IMG/VR virus record: IMGVR_UViG_3300029787_005452
Span: 96,001-160,000 of that record
Direction: 5' to 3' (one strand)
Origin: a virus
Length of the DNA stretch: 64,000 nt
A program made the position numbers and the translations under genes. The notes under the pieces were generated by a model. It worked only from the letters and a program-made list of their open reading frames with translations. It was not told the DNA's origin and ran no database searches. Position 1 is the stretch's first letter. Each line of letters starts with the position of its first letter. Of this stretch, positions 18,430-27,081 are shown piece by piece.

Positions 18430-19282
18430 AAAAGTTTTAGTAACAGGAGGGGCTGGGTTTATAGGTAGTCATTTATGTGAAAGACTAGTAAATGATGGGA
18501 ATGAAGTAACTTCACTTGATAATTATTTTACAGGGGATTATAACAATCACATTAAAGGGGTTAATTATATTGACGCGCCAACAAATGATATACGTTGGTG
18601 TGTTGAAGAAAAACCTGAAATTGTGTATCACTTAGGAGAGTACTCACGGGTAGAACAAAGCTTTGATGATGTGAGTCTTGTCCATGAATATAATACTCAA
18701 GGTACATTTCAAGTATTAGAATTTATTAAAGAAACTGGTGCTAAGCTTATTTACGCTGGTAGTAGTACAAAGTTTAGTGACAATGGTGCAGATGCATCTC
18801 CTTATGCCTTTACAAAGGCTCAGAATACACAACTTGTTATGAACTATGGTGAATGGTTTAACATTGATTATGCAATCACTTATTTTTATAATGTTTATGG
18901 TGGAAGAGAAATTTCAGAAGGTAAGTACGCTACATTAATTGCTTTGTTCAAAGAAAAAGTTAAAAAGGGTGAAAATTTACAGGTTGTTTTACCCGGTACG
19001 CAGCAAAGAAATTTTACACACGTGGATGATATAGTAGATGGCTTAATATTAGTTGGAGATAACGGTAGCGGTGATGGATATGGTATAGGCCATGATGAAT
19101 CTTATTCAGTTATTGACGTCGCTATGATGTTTTCAAATTATGGTAAAGTACAAATAGATGAATTGCCTGAAAGAAAGGGTAATAGAATGTCTGGTAATTT
19201 AATTACTAAAGATATAAAACTTTTAGGGTGGTCTCCTAAGAAAAATTTAAAAGACTATATAAAAAATGAAACAAAAAAGTAA
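18419..19282 (+). CDS. NAD-dependent nucleotide-sugar epimerase/dehydratase (extended SDR)
   Basis: VTGGAGFIGSHL, YAGSS, PYAFTK (YxxxK), YFYNVYG, RNFTHVDD. Confidence 0.88.
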   Translation: MENKKVLVTGGAGFIGSHLCERLVNDGNEVTSLDNYFTGDYNNHIKGVNYIDAPTNDIRWCVEEKPEIVYHLGEYSRVEQSFDDVSLVHEYNTQGTFQVLEFIKETGAKLIYAGSSTKFSDNGADASPYAFTKAQNTQLVMNYGEWFNIDYAITYFYNVYGGREISEGKYATLIALFKEKVKKGENLQVVLPGTQQRNFTHVDDIVDGLILVGDNGSGDGYGIGHDESYSVIDVAMMFSNYGKVQIDELPERKGNRMSGNLITKDIKLLGWSPKKNLKDYIKNETKK

Positions 19283-20219
19283 AAATATTTTAGTAACAGG
19301 TGGTTACGGGTTTATAGGTGGAAATTTTATACGATTCTTAAGAGATAACTTTCCGCAGCATAAGATAACATGTATAGATAAGGATGGTTATGCTTCAAAT
19401 AAAGACTATGTAAAGGGTTTATGTGATAAAGAGTATAAATTAGATATTTCAAAAAGTTTAGAGCTAGAAAATGTATTTCTTACAAATAATAAGTTTGATT
19501 ATATCTTTCATTTTGCGGCTGAATCCCATGTGGATAATAGTATTAGTGGTCCTAAAGTTTTTATTGAATCTAATGTATTAGGGACACAAAATATGTTAGA
19601 ATGCTTCCGGAAAATTAATAACAATTACGGTAGATTTATACATATTAGTACTGATGAAGTTTATGGACATTTAGGGTTTAACGACCCCTCATTTACTGAG
19701 TTAACCCCTATTGCACCTCGTTCTCCCTATGCTGCAAGTAAAGCATCAAGCGATCTCTTATGTATGTCATACATTAAAACATTCGATAGTAATATAAGTA
19801 TAACCAGGTGTTGTAATAACTACGGTCCTAATCAGCATAGTGAAAAATTTATACCTACAATTATAAAATCTTTAAGTGCTGGTAAAAAAGTTCCCATATA
19901 TGGGGAAGGTTTAAACATACGTGAATGGATTCATGTATATGATCATATTTTAGCAGTATGGGCCGTAGCAACAAAAGGTAAAAATGAAGTATATAACATA
20001 GGTTCTGGTTTAGAATTATCAAATATTGAGTTAGTGGATAAGATATGTTCAATAATGGGTAAAGATTTAGATAAAAATGCTATATTTGTTAAAGATCGAT
20101 TAGGTCATGACTTTAGATATAGTATCAATAGTAGTAAAATAGAAAATGAATTATTGTATGAACCATTATATAAAGATTTTGATGAACAATTAATTGAATT
20201 AGTAAAAATTTATGAGTAA
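19266..20219 (+). CDS. rmlB: dTDP-glucose 4,6-dehydratase
   Basis: VTGGYGFIG, HFAAESHVDNSI, HISTDEVYG, SPYAASKAS, CCNNYGPNQHSEKFIP, REWIHVYDH, DRLGHDFRY. Confidence 0.93.
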   Translation: MKQKSKNILVTGGYGFIGGNFIRFLRDNFPQHKITCIDKDGYASNKDYVKGLCDKEYKLDISKSLELENVFLTNNKFDYIFHFAAESHVDNSISGPKVFIESNVLGTQNMLECFRKINNNYGRFIHISTDEVYGHLGFNDPSFTELTPIAPRSPYAASKASSDLLCMSYIKTFDSNISITRCCNNYGPNQHSEKFIPTIIKSLSAGKKVPIYGEGLNIREWIHVYDHILAVWAVATKGKNEVYNIGSGLELSNIELVDKICSIMGKDLDKNAIFVKDRLGHDFRYSINSSKIENELLYEPLYKDFDEQLIELVKIYE

Positions 20220-20490
20220 AGCTAAGATTAGAGTAGGAGAAATATATGCATGCCATCACGGTGAGTATGCCGGTCAATTATTTGCATTTATTTGCCGAGA
20301 TAAAAAGGAACTGACGTATAATTTTCTTAGAATGCCTGAAATGATTACAACTAAAATACCTCAAAAAGATTTCGATGAAGGTTTAGATAGAGATATAATT
20401 AAATTTGTTGAAAAGGTTCCAAAATACGTCCATAAAGTTATAATGGCACAATATAAAAAGAATGAAATTACTAACGATAGACGGAAATAA
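20212..20490 (+). CDS. Hypothetical protein
   Basis: 92 aa, overlapping both neighbours. Confidence 0.55.
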   Translation: MSKAKIRVGEIYACHHGEYAGQLFAFICRDKKELTYNFLRMPEMITTKIPQKDFDEGLDRDIIKFVEKVPKYVHKVIMAQYKKNEITNDRRK

Positions 20491-21346
20491 TTTAGTACAT
20501 CGAGTGTATTGGGTTGCAAATAACATTAAAAATGTTTCTGAAAACTACCATGTTTATATGTTTCTCAATAGTGTTAAGAGTTATGTGGAAATGTACCAAC
20601 CAGATAAAGTCATATGCGTGTGGGATGAAAAACCTGATTATAGACCCAATAAACGTAAGGAACTTTTAGAAGAATATAAAGGAAATCGTGACCCTGAGTA
20701 TGGTAAAGAAGTACATGGTAAGAATGAAATAATAAAAGAGATGCTTAATACAATAGGTATACCATCAATATTCCCTAGATCATATGAAGCTGATGATGTT
20801 ATCAAGATTGTTAACGATGCATATGATAAAATGAGCACAACTAAATTTTATTTAACTAAAAAATTATTCAGACATGTCATTGTTACTGTAGATAAAGACT
20901 TATGCCAGTTAATTTCTAGTAAAGTTTCGGTATACGACCCTATAAGAAAGGTGGAAATTAATAAAGAAAACTTTAATGAAATATTAAAATATAATAAAAA
21001 AGATTTTATTAAAGTAAAAGCGTTAACTGGTGATAAAAGTGATAATATTCCCGGCTTAAAAGGTTTTGGTAAAGTAAAAATAGATAAGTTCCTTAACGGT
21101 GAAGTAGTTTTAACAGAAGAAGAAAACGTTATATATAATAGAAATTTAGATTTAGTCACGTTAACTAATGATAAAGATGAAAAGGAGTATGTTATGAATC
21201 AATTATCAGAAATTAAAAATGAAACTGACTATGAACAGTTTAAAAAATTAAGTAAAGATTATAATTTAAGTCAAATTGTTAAAAATGATACTAAATGGTA
21301 TACTACATTTTTCCAGAAAAATAGATTATTAGAGTTACTATCTTAA
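20462..21346 (+). CDS. rnh: 5'-3' exonuclease / T4 RNase H
   Basis: IDGNNL, VWDE, YKGNR, YEADDV, VTVDKDLCQL, LTGDKSDNIPGLKGFG. Confidence 0.92.
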   Translation: MKLLTIDGNNLVHRVYWVANNIKNVSENYHVYMFLNSVKSYVEMYQPDKVICVWDEKPDYRPNKRKELLEEYKGNRDPEYGKEVHGKNEIIKEMLNTIGIPSIFPRSYEADDVIKIVNDAYDKMSTTKFYLTKKLFRHVIVTVDKDLCQLISSKVSVYDPIRKVEINKENFNEILKYNKKDFIKVKALTGDKSDNIPGLKGFGKVKIDKFLNGEVVLTEEENVIYNRNLDLVTLTNDKDEKEYVMNQLSEIKNETDYEQFKKLSKDYNLSQIVKNDTKWYTTFFQKNRLLELLS

Positions 21347-21354
21347 ATATTAAT

Positions 21355-21600
21355 ATGGAAGATCAATTTATTAATCCTCAGCAAATACGTTCCCCATATA
21401 CCGGGGAAACAGTTAGACCAGTTTTTAATACCTACGTTAATAATGGTAAAACGTATGAACAAGCAGTTATGTCTGACCCAGTTACAGGTCATATAATTAA
21501 AAAAGGTTTAGTATCTATTAAAGATTCTAAAACTGGTGAAGTAATACAAGATTATAATTCAGCACTATCTCAAAGTAATACTACTCAAAGTAGAGGTTAG
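21355..21600 (+). CDS. Small late hypothetical protein with two Cys-less knuckle-like motifs
   Basis: TAAATA(21344-21349, overlapping rnh stop)-N5-ATG; RSPYTGE and SDPVTGH. Confidence 0.6.
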   Translation: MEDQFINPQQIRSPYTGETVRPVFNTYVNNGKTYEQAVMSDPVTGHIIKKGLVSIKDSKTGEVIQDYNSALSQSNTTQSRG

Positions 21601-21602
21601 GC

Positions 21603-21630
21603 TTGAAATATAGTATATTGCATTTATAAT
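21603..21630 (+). promoter_or_regulatory. sigma70-type promoter for primase
   Basis: TTGAAA-N16-TATAAT-N6-GTG(21637). Confidence 0.7.
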
Positions 21631-21636
21631 TATAAT

Positions 21637-22671
21637 GTGATAATTATACCAGAGCAGTATGTTGTAAACGTTTTGTATGAGAATGTCTATAAAATCTCAT
21701 ATAATAAATATACAAAAACGTATAATGGTTGCTGCCCTATCTGTAAAGAAGGTGGTTCATGGGGTAAGAAAAAGCGATTTTATTATATACCGAATAAAGA
21801 GTTGGCTTATTGTCATAACTGCGGTTATAGTAAAAAGGCTCTTACCTTTATAACTGAGGTAACTAATAAACCGTTACATACTATTGTTAATGATATAAAA
21901 GGTTTTGATGTTGAAATCTTACCTACCGAAGAACCAAAGGAAGTTAAAAAAGTTATAGATAAAAGTTTACCTGAAGATTGTATTAATTTATCTGATATTA
22001 GTCAAATAGAATACTATAAAGATAATACTACAGTAAAACTAGCTTTACAGTTAATTAAAGATAGAAAACTAGATAAAGGTGTTAATAAACCTAAAACGTT
22101 TTATTTATCTTTAAAAGACCCGGTGCATAAGAATAGATTAATATTACCATTCTACGATGAAAATGATGATATTATATTTTATCAATCAAGAGGGTTAACT
22201 AAAAAGGATTTGTTTGAAAGACCAAAATATCTTAGTAAGGTAGGTGCAGAAAGAAGCTTATACGGTATGCAAAATATAAATTCAGATTTAGATAACGTGT
22301 TTATATTTGAAGGACCTATTGACAGTTACTTTGTTGAAAATGGTTTAGCTACTTGTGGTATTACTGAAAAGAGTAATAAGATGTTTACAACATTACAATT
22401 ACAACAGATCAATAAACTAAACTTATATGAAAAGGTTTATGTATTAGATAACCAGTACTGTGATAAAGCTGCTTTAAGTAAAAGTATTATATTAGCTGAT
22501 AATAATGAAAAGGTTTTTATATGGCCTAAAGAGTTAAAGCGTTTTAAAGACTTTAACGATATATGCGTAGCTGGTAATAAAGACAAAATAAAACCTGAAT
22601 TTATATTAAAAAATACTCATTCAGGTCTTAAAGCTAAATTATTATTAACTGATATTAAAAATAATAGTTAA
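21637..22671 (+). CDS. gp61: DNA primase (gp61), GTG start
   Basis: Zn ribbon CPIC...CHNC, RLILPF, QSR, PKYLS, TOPRIM FEGPID, LDN, KDFND. Confidence 0.92.
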   Translation: MIIIPEQYVVNVLYENVYKISYNKYTKTYNGCCPICKEGGSWGKKKRFYYIPNKELAYCHNCGYSKKALTFITEVTNKPLHTIVNDIKGFDVEILPTEEPKEVKKVIDKSLPEDCINLSDISQIEYYKDNTTVKLALQLIKDRKLDKGVNKPKTFYLSLKDPVHKNRLILPFYDENDDIIFYQSRGLTKKDLFERPKYLSKVGAERSLYGMQNINSDLDNVFIFEGPIDSYFVENGLATCGITEKSNKMFTTLQLQQINKLNLYEKVYVLDNQYCDKAALSKSIILADNNEKVFIWPKELKRFKDFNDICVAGNKDKIKPEFILKNTHSGLKAKLLLTDIKNNS

Positions 22672-22946
22672 GATTTTGTTACACCACCGGCAAATCCTTG
22701 AGCTCTTGTACCAGTTGTCATAAAATCAGCATACTGATTTAAAGTTTTCAATTCATCTGCAATTCTTTCTAAAGATGCTTCTATTTTAGATAAATCGTTT
22801 TCTTCATTTTCTCCGTCTAAAGGTTCCATTTCACCTAATTGATCATCGGCCGCGGCTTCTTCAGGAGCAAACTCATCATTATCATCTTGTTCAACTTCAT
22901 CATTATTAATGTATGCTTCAAAAATTAAATCTTGGTCTGTTTTCAT
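22668..22946 (-). CDS. Late acidic protein, candidate internal head protein
   Basis: TAAATA(22952-22957)-N5-ATG; MKTDQDLIFEAY. Confidence 0.6.
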   Translation of the reverse strand: MKTDQDLIFEAYINNDEVEQDDNDEFAPEEAAADDQLGEMEPLDGENEENDLSKIEASLERIADELKTLNQYADFMTTGTRAQGFAGGVTKS

Positions 22947-22954
22947 ATTATTAT

Positions 22955-23371
22955 TTAGTTAAATTTGTATTTAGGGTCATTTGCACCTGCTAAATAACCT
23001 TTAAGTATTTCACTTAATGAAGAAACTTCCATTGCTACTCTTGCAATCTTTTTAGTTTCAGCATTTGAAATACTATCAAAGATTGTATCTGGTTCAGCAG
23101 AGTTTAAAGAAGTTTGAATACTATCAGTAGTTCCATTTAAGTAATCACCAAATTCATCCATTTTATCAATCCAGCTACTTAACTCTTCAAACATTTGCCT
23201 TGATTGAGAACTAACTGGATCTTCACCACCTGCTGGTGCATCAACATCAAAATCTTCTGGAGATGTCTCAGGCTCTAAAGTAGAAGCCATTGCTTCTTGG
23301 TCAGTTAACTCGGTATTTTCATCATCTTGTTCAGATAGAAATTTTTTAAATCGTTTTTGGTATAAGCTCAT
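22955..23371 (-). CDS. Late acidic protein, candidate internal head protein
   Basis: TAAATA-N5-ATG; MSLYQKRFKKFLSE. Confidence 0.6.
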   Translation of the reverse strand: MSLYQKRFKKFLSEQDDENTELTDQEAMASTLEPETSPEDFDVDAPAGGEDPVSSQSRQMFEELSSWIDKMDEFGDYLNGTTDSIQTSLNSAEPDTIFDSISNAETKKIARVAMEVSSLSEILKGYLAGANDPKYKFN

Positions 23372-23376
23372 ACTAT

Positions 23377-23388
23377 TATTTATAAATA
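23377..23388. promoter_or_regulatory. Palindromic bidirectional late promoter
   Basis: TATTTATAAATA, 5 nt from ATG 23371 (minus) and 5 nt from ATG 23394 (plus). Confidence 0.8.
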
Positions 23389-23393
23389 TTTAT

Positions 23394-23774
23394 ATGCAAT
23401 CTACCACAAAATTTGAAGACTTCGTAAAAGTACTTGAAGAAGACTATGGACAAGAAATGATGCCTGATGTTGTTAGAGACCAATCTGGCCAAAAAACAGA
23501 GTATCCATCTGAACCATCAAGTGTTAGAGACATATTTAATAAACAGAATAGAACAGATATAGCTCCTGAAAATATACCATACCCGTTAAATGAATTTGAC
23601 GACGTTGTTGCTAATGCATTTGTAAATTTACAAAATTTAGAAGAGTTATTAAAGCATGCAGGAACTAACACAGTTATTAAAGATAAAAAACCATTAGATA
23701 GTATCGGTAAAGAAATTGTTGAATTAAAAGGTAAGCTAGTTGATATTAGTAGGAAAGTTAGTAAAATAAAATAA
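23394..23774 (+). CDS. Late protein, candidate internal head protein
   Basis: MQSTTKFEDFVKVLEE; C-terminal coiled coil. Confidence 0.6.
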   Translation: MQSTTKFEDFVKVLEEDYGQEMMPDVVRDQSGQKTEYPSEPSSVRDIFNKQNRTDIAPENIPYPLNEFDDVVANAFVNLQNLEELLKHAGTNTVIKDKKPLDSIGKEIVELKGKLVDISRKVSKIK

Positions 23775-24160
23775 TGAAGAAAGTTTTATTATCCTTATCA
23801 TTAACTTTATTAGTTAGTGGTTTATTTGGTATAATTTTTAGAGATTGGTTAGTGTTTGGTCTTGCAACTATATTACAAATTTTATTTTTTTATTTTTTTA
23901 ATACAGTTTATGAAAATTTTCTCATAAAAAGAGCAGTCGAACTAAATGGAGAAATAGAAAAAGAAATTTTAAAAAATACTGTACAGGTTACATGCCCGTG
24001 CGGAGCAAAACAAGATGTTGTACTTTCAATGACTGAAGATACGATATATCGTTGTAAAGAGTGTAAGAATGAAATTAGAGCCACGACCAATATTGGTACC
24101 GCATTAGTTACCACGCCTATAAGTACAGCAGCAACTGCTCCAACTATATCTAAAGTATAA
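23774..24160 (+). CDS. Membrane protein (2 TM) with C-terminal Zn ribbon
   Basis: Two hydrophobic N-terminal helices; CPCG...CKEC. Confidence 0.65.
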   Translation: MKKVLLSLSLTLLVSGLFGIIFRDWLVFGLATILQILFFYFFNTVYENFLIKRAVELNGEIEKEILKNTVQVTCPCGAKQDVVLSMTEDTIYRCKECKNEIRATTNIGTALVTTPISTAATAPTISKV

Positions 24161-24555
24161 TGGACAAATTAAAAGATATTACTAAAGAGGTAGATAATAG
24201 CCTAAAAGAAGATAATACAATTAAAGAAATTAGTATAGAAGACGTAATAAAGTATATAGTTAATAATGATACCGATACAAAAGCTCGGGTTACAGCTGGT
24301 AGAGTTTTTCAGACCAATAAAAACCCTAATTTTATAGAAACTTTATTTAAATTAATAGAAGAAGAAATAGGAAAGATGGAATCTAAAAATAATAGAGATT
24401 CTGATAATTCATTTTTTAGTTTAAATAAAAAAATTCTTTCTAATAATTTATTCATTATAAAGGAAATTATTAAACAATATAATTTAGATGAAAAAAGAAT
24501 ATCAGATTTTGTTTTAGGAACTCTGATACAATCTATATATGATTCAAAAAGATAG
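24160..24555 (+). CDS. Hypothetical protein
   Basis: 131 aa, TAATG coupling with upstream gene. Confidence 0.55.
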   Translation: MDKLKDITKEVDNSLKEDNTIKEISIEDVIKYIVNNDTDTKARVTAGRVFQTNKNPNFIETLFKLIEEEIGKMESKNNRDSDNSFFSLNKKILSNNLFIIKEIIKQYNLDEKRISDFVLGTLIQSIYDSKR

Positions 24556-24805
24556 AGATATTATTCAAGAGTATGGTATAGATTTTGTTGCAAGATTTGC
24601 ATGCTTATATGAAGGAGTTAACGTAGCTTGTAGTAGAGCTGAAAGAATAGGTTATGATACTGAGCATAGTACTGCATGGGTTAAACCTACAGCTTTTCAA
24701 AAATATGTCGATGAACGATATTTAGATATGAAGCACGATATACAGCTTTATTTAAAAGGAATAGACACTGATGAAATTTATCCCTGGGACGAAATTTATA
24801 AATAA
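24539..24805 (+). CDS. Hypothetical protein
   Basis: 88 aa in coupled run. Confidence 0.55.
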   Translation: MIQKDRDIIQEYGIDFVARFACLYEGVNVACSRAERIGYDTEHSTAWVKPTAFQKYVDERYLDMKHDIQLYLKGIDTDEIYPWDEIYK

Positions 24806-24980
24806 TACAATGACTAACACCAAACTCTTTAAAAGAGGTGTATTATATACGTTGAACAATATTAAACCATTAGAGGGTAATATTGTGTATACATTTAAAG
24901 TTGGTAATAAACTAAAAGAAGTGACGTTTAAGAACGTAGAACAAGCAGATCAATGGTTAGAAAAAATTATAGTAAATTAA
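24771..24980 (+). CDS. Small hypothetical protein
   Basis: 69 aa ending at convergent gp14 stop. Confidence 0.5.
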   Translation: MKFIPGTKFINNTMTNTKLFKRGVLYTLNNIKPLEGNIVYTFKVGNKLKEVTFKNVEQADQWLEKIIVN

Positions 24981-25765
24981 TAATAATCCCCATATACATC
25001 AGTATCGTTTACTGACATATCAAAAACATCTTTCTTACTAATAGCGTCAACGTCATATTGGTTATAGTTATCTTTTTTACCTTGACTTTCTTCATTGGCT
25101 CCTCCAGATAATCTACCTGCAAACGATTCTTCATAAATTTGACTATTGCCTGATATACCACTAGTTAAATTATTGAAAGGTATATTAGGTTCAAAGCTAT
25201 AATCTAATCGTTTTGCTTTTATTAAAAATACATAATGACCTTGTAAAGGGTTAATTTGAGCTATATCTTGATCTAATTTTTCAGTTATTTCAAAATATTT
25301 CGGTTGTCTATCACTAGGTCTATCATCTCCATACTCACTTAACTGGAATACATCACCGGCCTTAGGTTCTATAACATTAAATTGCTTTTCATATACTGAA
25401 CTTAAAGTAAAGAAGTTATCATAGAATGAAGATATATGAATATAAGCAGTTACCTCATCATCACTTTCAAAACCAAATTTAGAAAGCTGTATTGCATTTT
25501 CATTTAAAGTTACTGCTAAAATAATTTCTCTTGGTTGAGCAAATATTTTAGTGGTTTCTTCTCCGTAAAAATTATCAGCACTTAATAAGTTGTATGTATT
25601 AACAAAGTAATTTACTTTAGTTCCGTATAAATTTATTTGCTCTCTCCAATAATTAGAAAAAAGAGTACGTTCATTCGATTGTATAGACTTATCTGTGAAT
25701 CTAAAACAAGTTTCATCAGTCTGTACAATTCCTGGAAAATCACAATTATAATTAGGTTGACTCAT
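24977..25765 (-). CDS. gp14: Neck / head-tail joining protein (gp14-like)
   Basis: EQINLYGTKVNYF, NFYGEE, LSKFGFESDDEVT, EPKAGDVF match the gp14 pattern. Confidence 0.75.
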   Translation of the reverse strand: MSQPNYNCDFPGIVQTDETCFRFTDKSIQSNERTLFSNYWREQINLYGTKVNYFVNTYNLLSADNFYGEETTKIFAQPREIILAVTLNENAIQLSKFGFESDDEVTAYIHISSFYDNFFTLSSVYEKQFNVIEPKAGDVFQLSEYGDDRPSDRQPKYFEITEKLDQDIAQINPLQGHYVFLIKAKRLDYSFEPNIPFNNLTSGISGNSQIYEESFAGRLSGGANEESQGKKDNYNQYDVDAISKKDVFDMSVNDTDVYGDYY

Positions 25766-26103
25766 TTTTCAATAACGAATTTTTTTAATTTTTCATCAAA
25801 ATATAACTTAATACCAGTACTACCCAATTTTTTTACTTCACCTTTGAAAGGTATTACATTATATTCTTTTCTTATATATTCAAGATCAGGGGTACCGCAA
25901 ACTTTTTTACCTGAGCCTTGTCTTAAAAGTTCAATATTTGAATTTTTAGTTGGGTCTGTTTTAACATAATCAGGTACTATGTTTTGATGAATTCTCATAT
26001 AATGGGGATCACCAGCACCTGGTATAGCCCTTCTATGTCTATGATTTATTCCAGGTTTAGCCCCCTGATATTTATTTTCATAAAATTTGCAAAATCTTAA
26101 CAT
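25762..26103 (-). CDS. Late basic hypothetical protein
   Basis: TAAATA(26109-26114)-N5-ATG; MLRFCKFYE; ATGA overlap with gp14. Confidence 0.6.
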   Translation of the reverse strand: MLRFCKFYENKYQGAKPGINHRHRRAIPGAGDPHYMRIHQNIVPDYVKTDPTKNSNIELLRQGSGKKVCGTPDLEYIRKEYNVIPFKGEVKKLGSTGIKLYFDEKLKKFVIEK

Positions 26104-26117
26104 AATTATATTTAAGC

Positions 26118-26149
26118 AAAAAAAAGCGCAACCAAATTAATGGTTACGC
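26118..26149 (-). terminator. Rho-independent terminator
   Basis: Minus strand GCGTAACCA-ttaatt-TGGTTGCGC followed by T8. Confidence 0.85.
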
Positions 26150-26172
26150 AATTTAAATTGAAATCTAATCTT

Positions 26173-26733
26173 TTATTGTATGAAATCTGCCCCAGCTTGT
26201 AATGCTACTTTATTTGCTTTACTTTGGAGCTTGCCTTTAGCATCAGCTAATGGTTTTGGTTCTGCTTCAACATACTTCTTAGTTGAATCGGATGCTTTAC
26301 CACTTTTTGGTTTAACCTTACCAACTTTATTATTACCACCGTGTGTTAAACCTGAATCCTTTTGATTAACCAATGCGTGACCCATTTCTTCAGCATCTAC
26401 TGCTTCTTTATGTGTATCGTCTTCGTCTTCGTCTTCTCCATCTTCTTCAGCTTCTTCAAAGCTTTCAAATCCATTTTCTTCCATTTCAGCAGAATAATCT
26501 TCTTCACCATCTGCATCATCATCATCACCATCTTCTTCTTCGCCCATTGCTGCTTGCAGCATGTCGCAAAGTGACTTGGCCATATCACGATCTAACGTAA
26601 TTGTAACTTCGTCTGATTCGGTGTCTGCTACTTCGGTATCAATACCAAGTGCATCCAATTCTTGTGTTTCTTGATCTGAGTGCATTTCTTCACCCATAAC
26701 GTTTTCAAAGAGTTTGTCAAAAGTTGATTTCAT
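26173..26733 (-). CDS. Nested in-frame short isoform (186 aa) of the 27063 gene
   Basis: Internal TATAAATA(26739-26746)-N5-ATG(26733); starts MKSTFDKLFE. Confidence 0.55.
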   Translation of the reverse strand: MKSTFDKLFENVMGEEMHSDQETQELDALGIDTEVADTESDEVTITLDRDMAKSLCDMLQAAMGEEEDGDDDDADGEEDYSAEMEENGFESFEEAEEDGEDEDEDDTHKEAVDAEEMGHALVNQKDSGLTHGGNNKVGKVKPKSGKASDSTKKYVEAEPKPLADAKGKLQSKANKVALQAGADFIQ

Positions 26734-27063
26734 ATTATTATTTATACTCTCTTTTACCTTTTTCTCTAGTTTTTTATTTTTTTTGTTATATTCTTGTGAA
26801 GAATATATCTCACTATTATATAATTCATCTTCTACACCGTTATGTTTAGGGTCTATAACGTTGCTATATATTTCCCCCTTATCAGCATTTTCTGGACCAG
26901 AACTATTATCATTAGCAAAGCCATGTTTAACGTCGTTAGGTTTCACCGGCGGTTTACCTACTTTTGTTCCCATTTTAGCTGCTTTTACACCTGGTGCGTT
27001 TTCAGATAGAATGCTATTATTATATGTATTCCATATTTCGGTTAGAGTATTTGATCTAGACAT
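26173..27063 (-). CDS. Late acidic prohead core/scaffold-like protein (start reassigned from 27099)
   Basis: TAAATA(27069-27074)-N5-ATG(27063); LTE and ILSE near N-terminus; long Asp/Glu tract; basic C-terminus. Confidence 0.65.
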   Translation of the reverse strand: MSRSNTLTEIWNTYNNSILSENAPGVKAAKMGTKVGKPPVKPNDVKHGFANDNSSGPENADKGEIYSNVIDPKHNGVEDELYNSEIYSSQEYNKKNKKLEKKVKESINNNMKSTFDKLFENVMGEEMHSDQETQELDALGIDTEVADTESDEVTITLDRDMAKSLCDMLQAAMGEEEDGDDDDADGEEDYSAEMEENGFESFEEAEEDGEDEDEDDTHKEAVDAEEMGHALVNQKDSGLTHGGNNKVGKVKPKSGKASDSTKKYVEAEPKPLADAKGKLQSKANKVALQAGADFIQ

Positions 27064-27064
27064 G

Positions 27065-27074
27065 TAAATATTTA
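27065..27074. promoter_or_regulatory. Overlapping divergent late promoters
   Basis: Palindrome TAAATATTTA; N5 to ATG 27063 (minus), N11 to terminase ATG 27082 (plus). Confidence 0.65.
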
Positions 27075-27081
27075 TAGCAAA

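Noticed and set aside
26180-27067. Plus-strand ORFs, including a His-run protein (HHLHHHHHH, 26373-26600)
   Set aside because: They are the antisense reading of the Asp/Glu tract of the minus-strand scaffold-like gene; no promoter or coding signal
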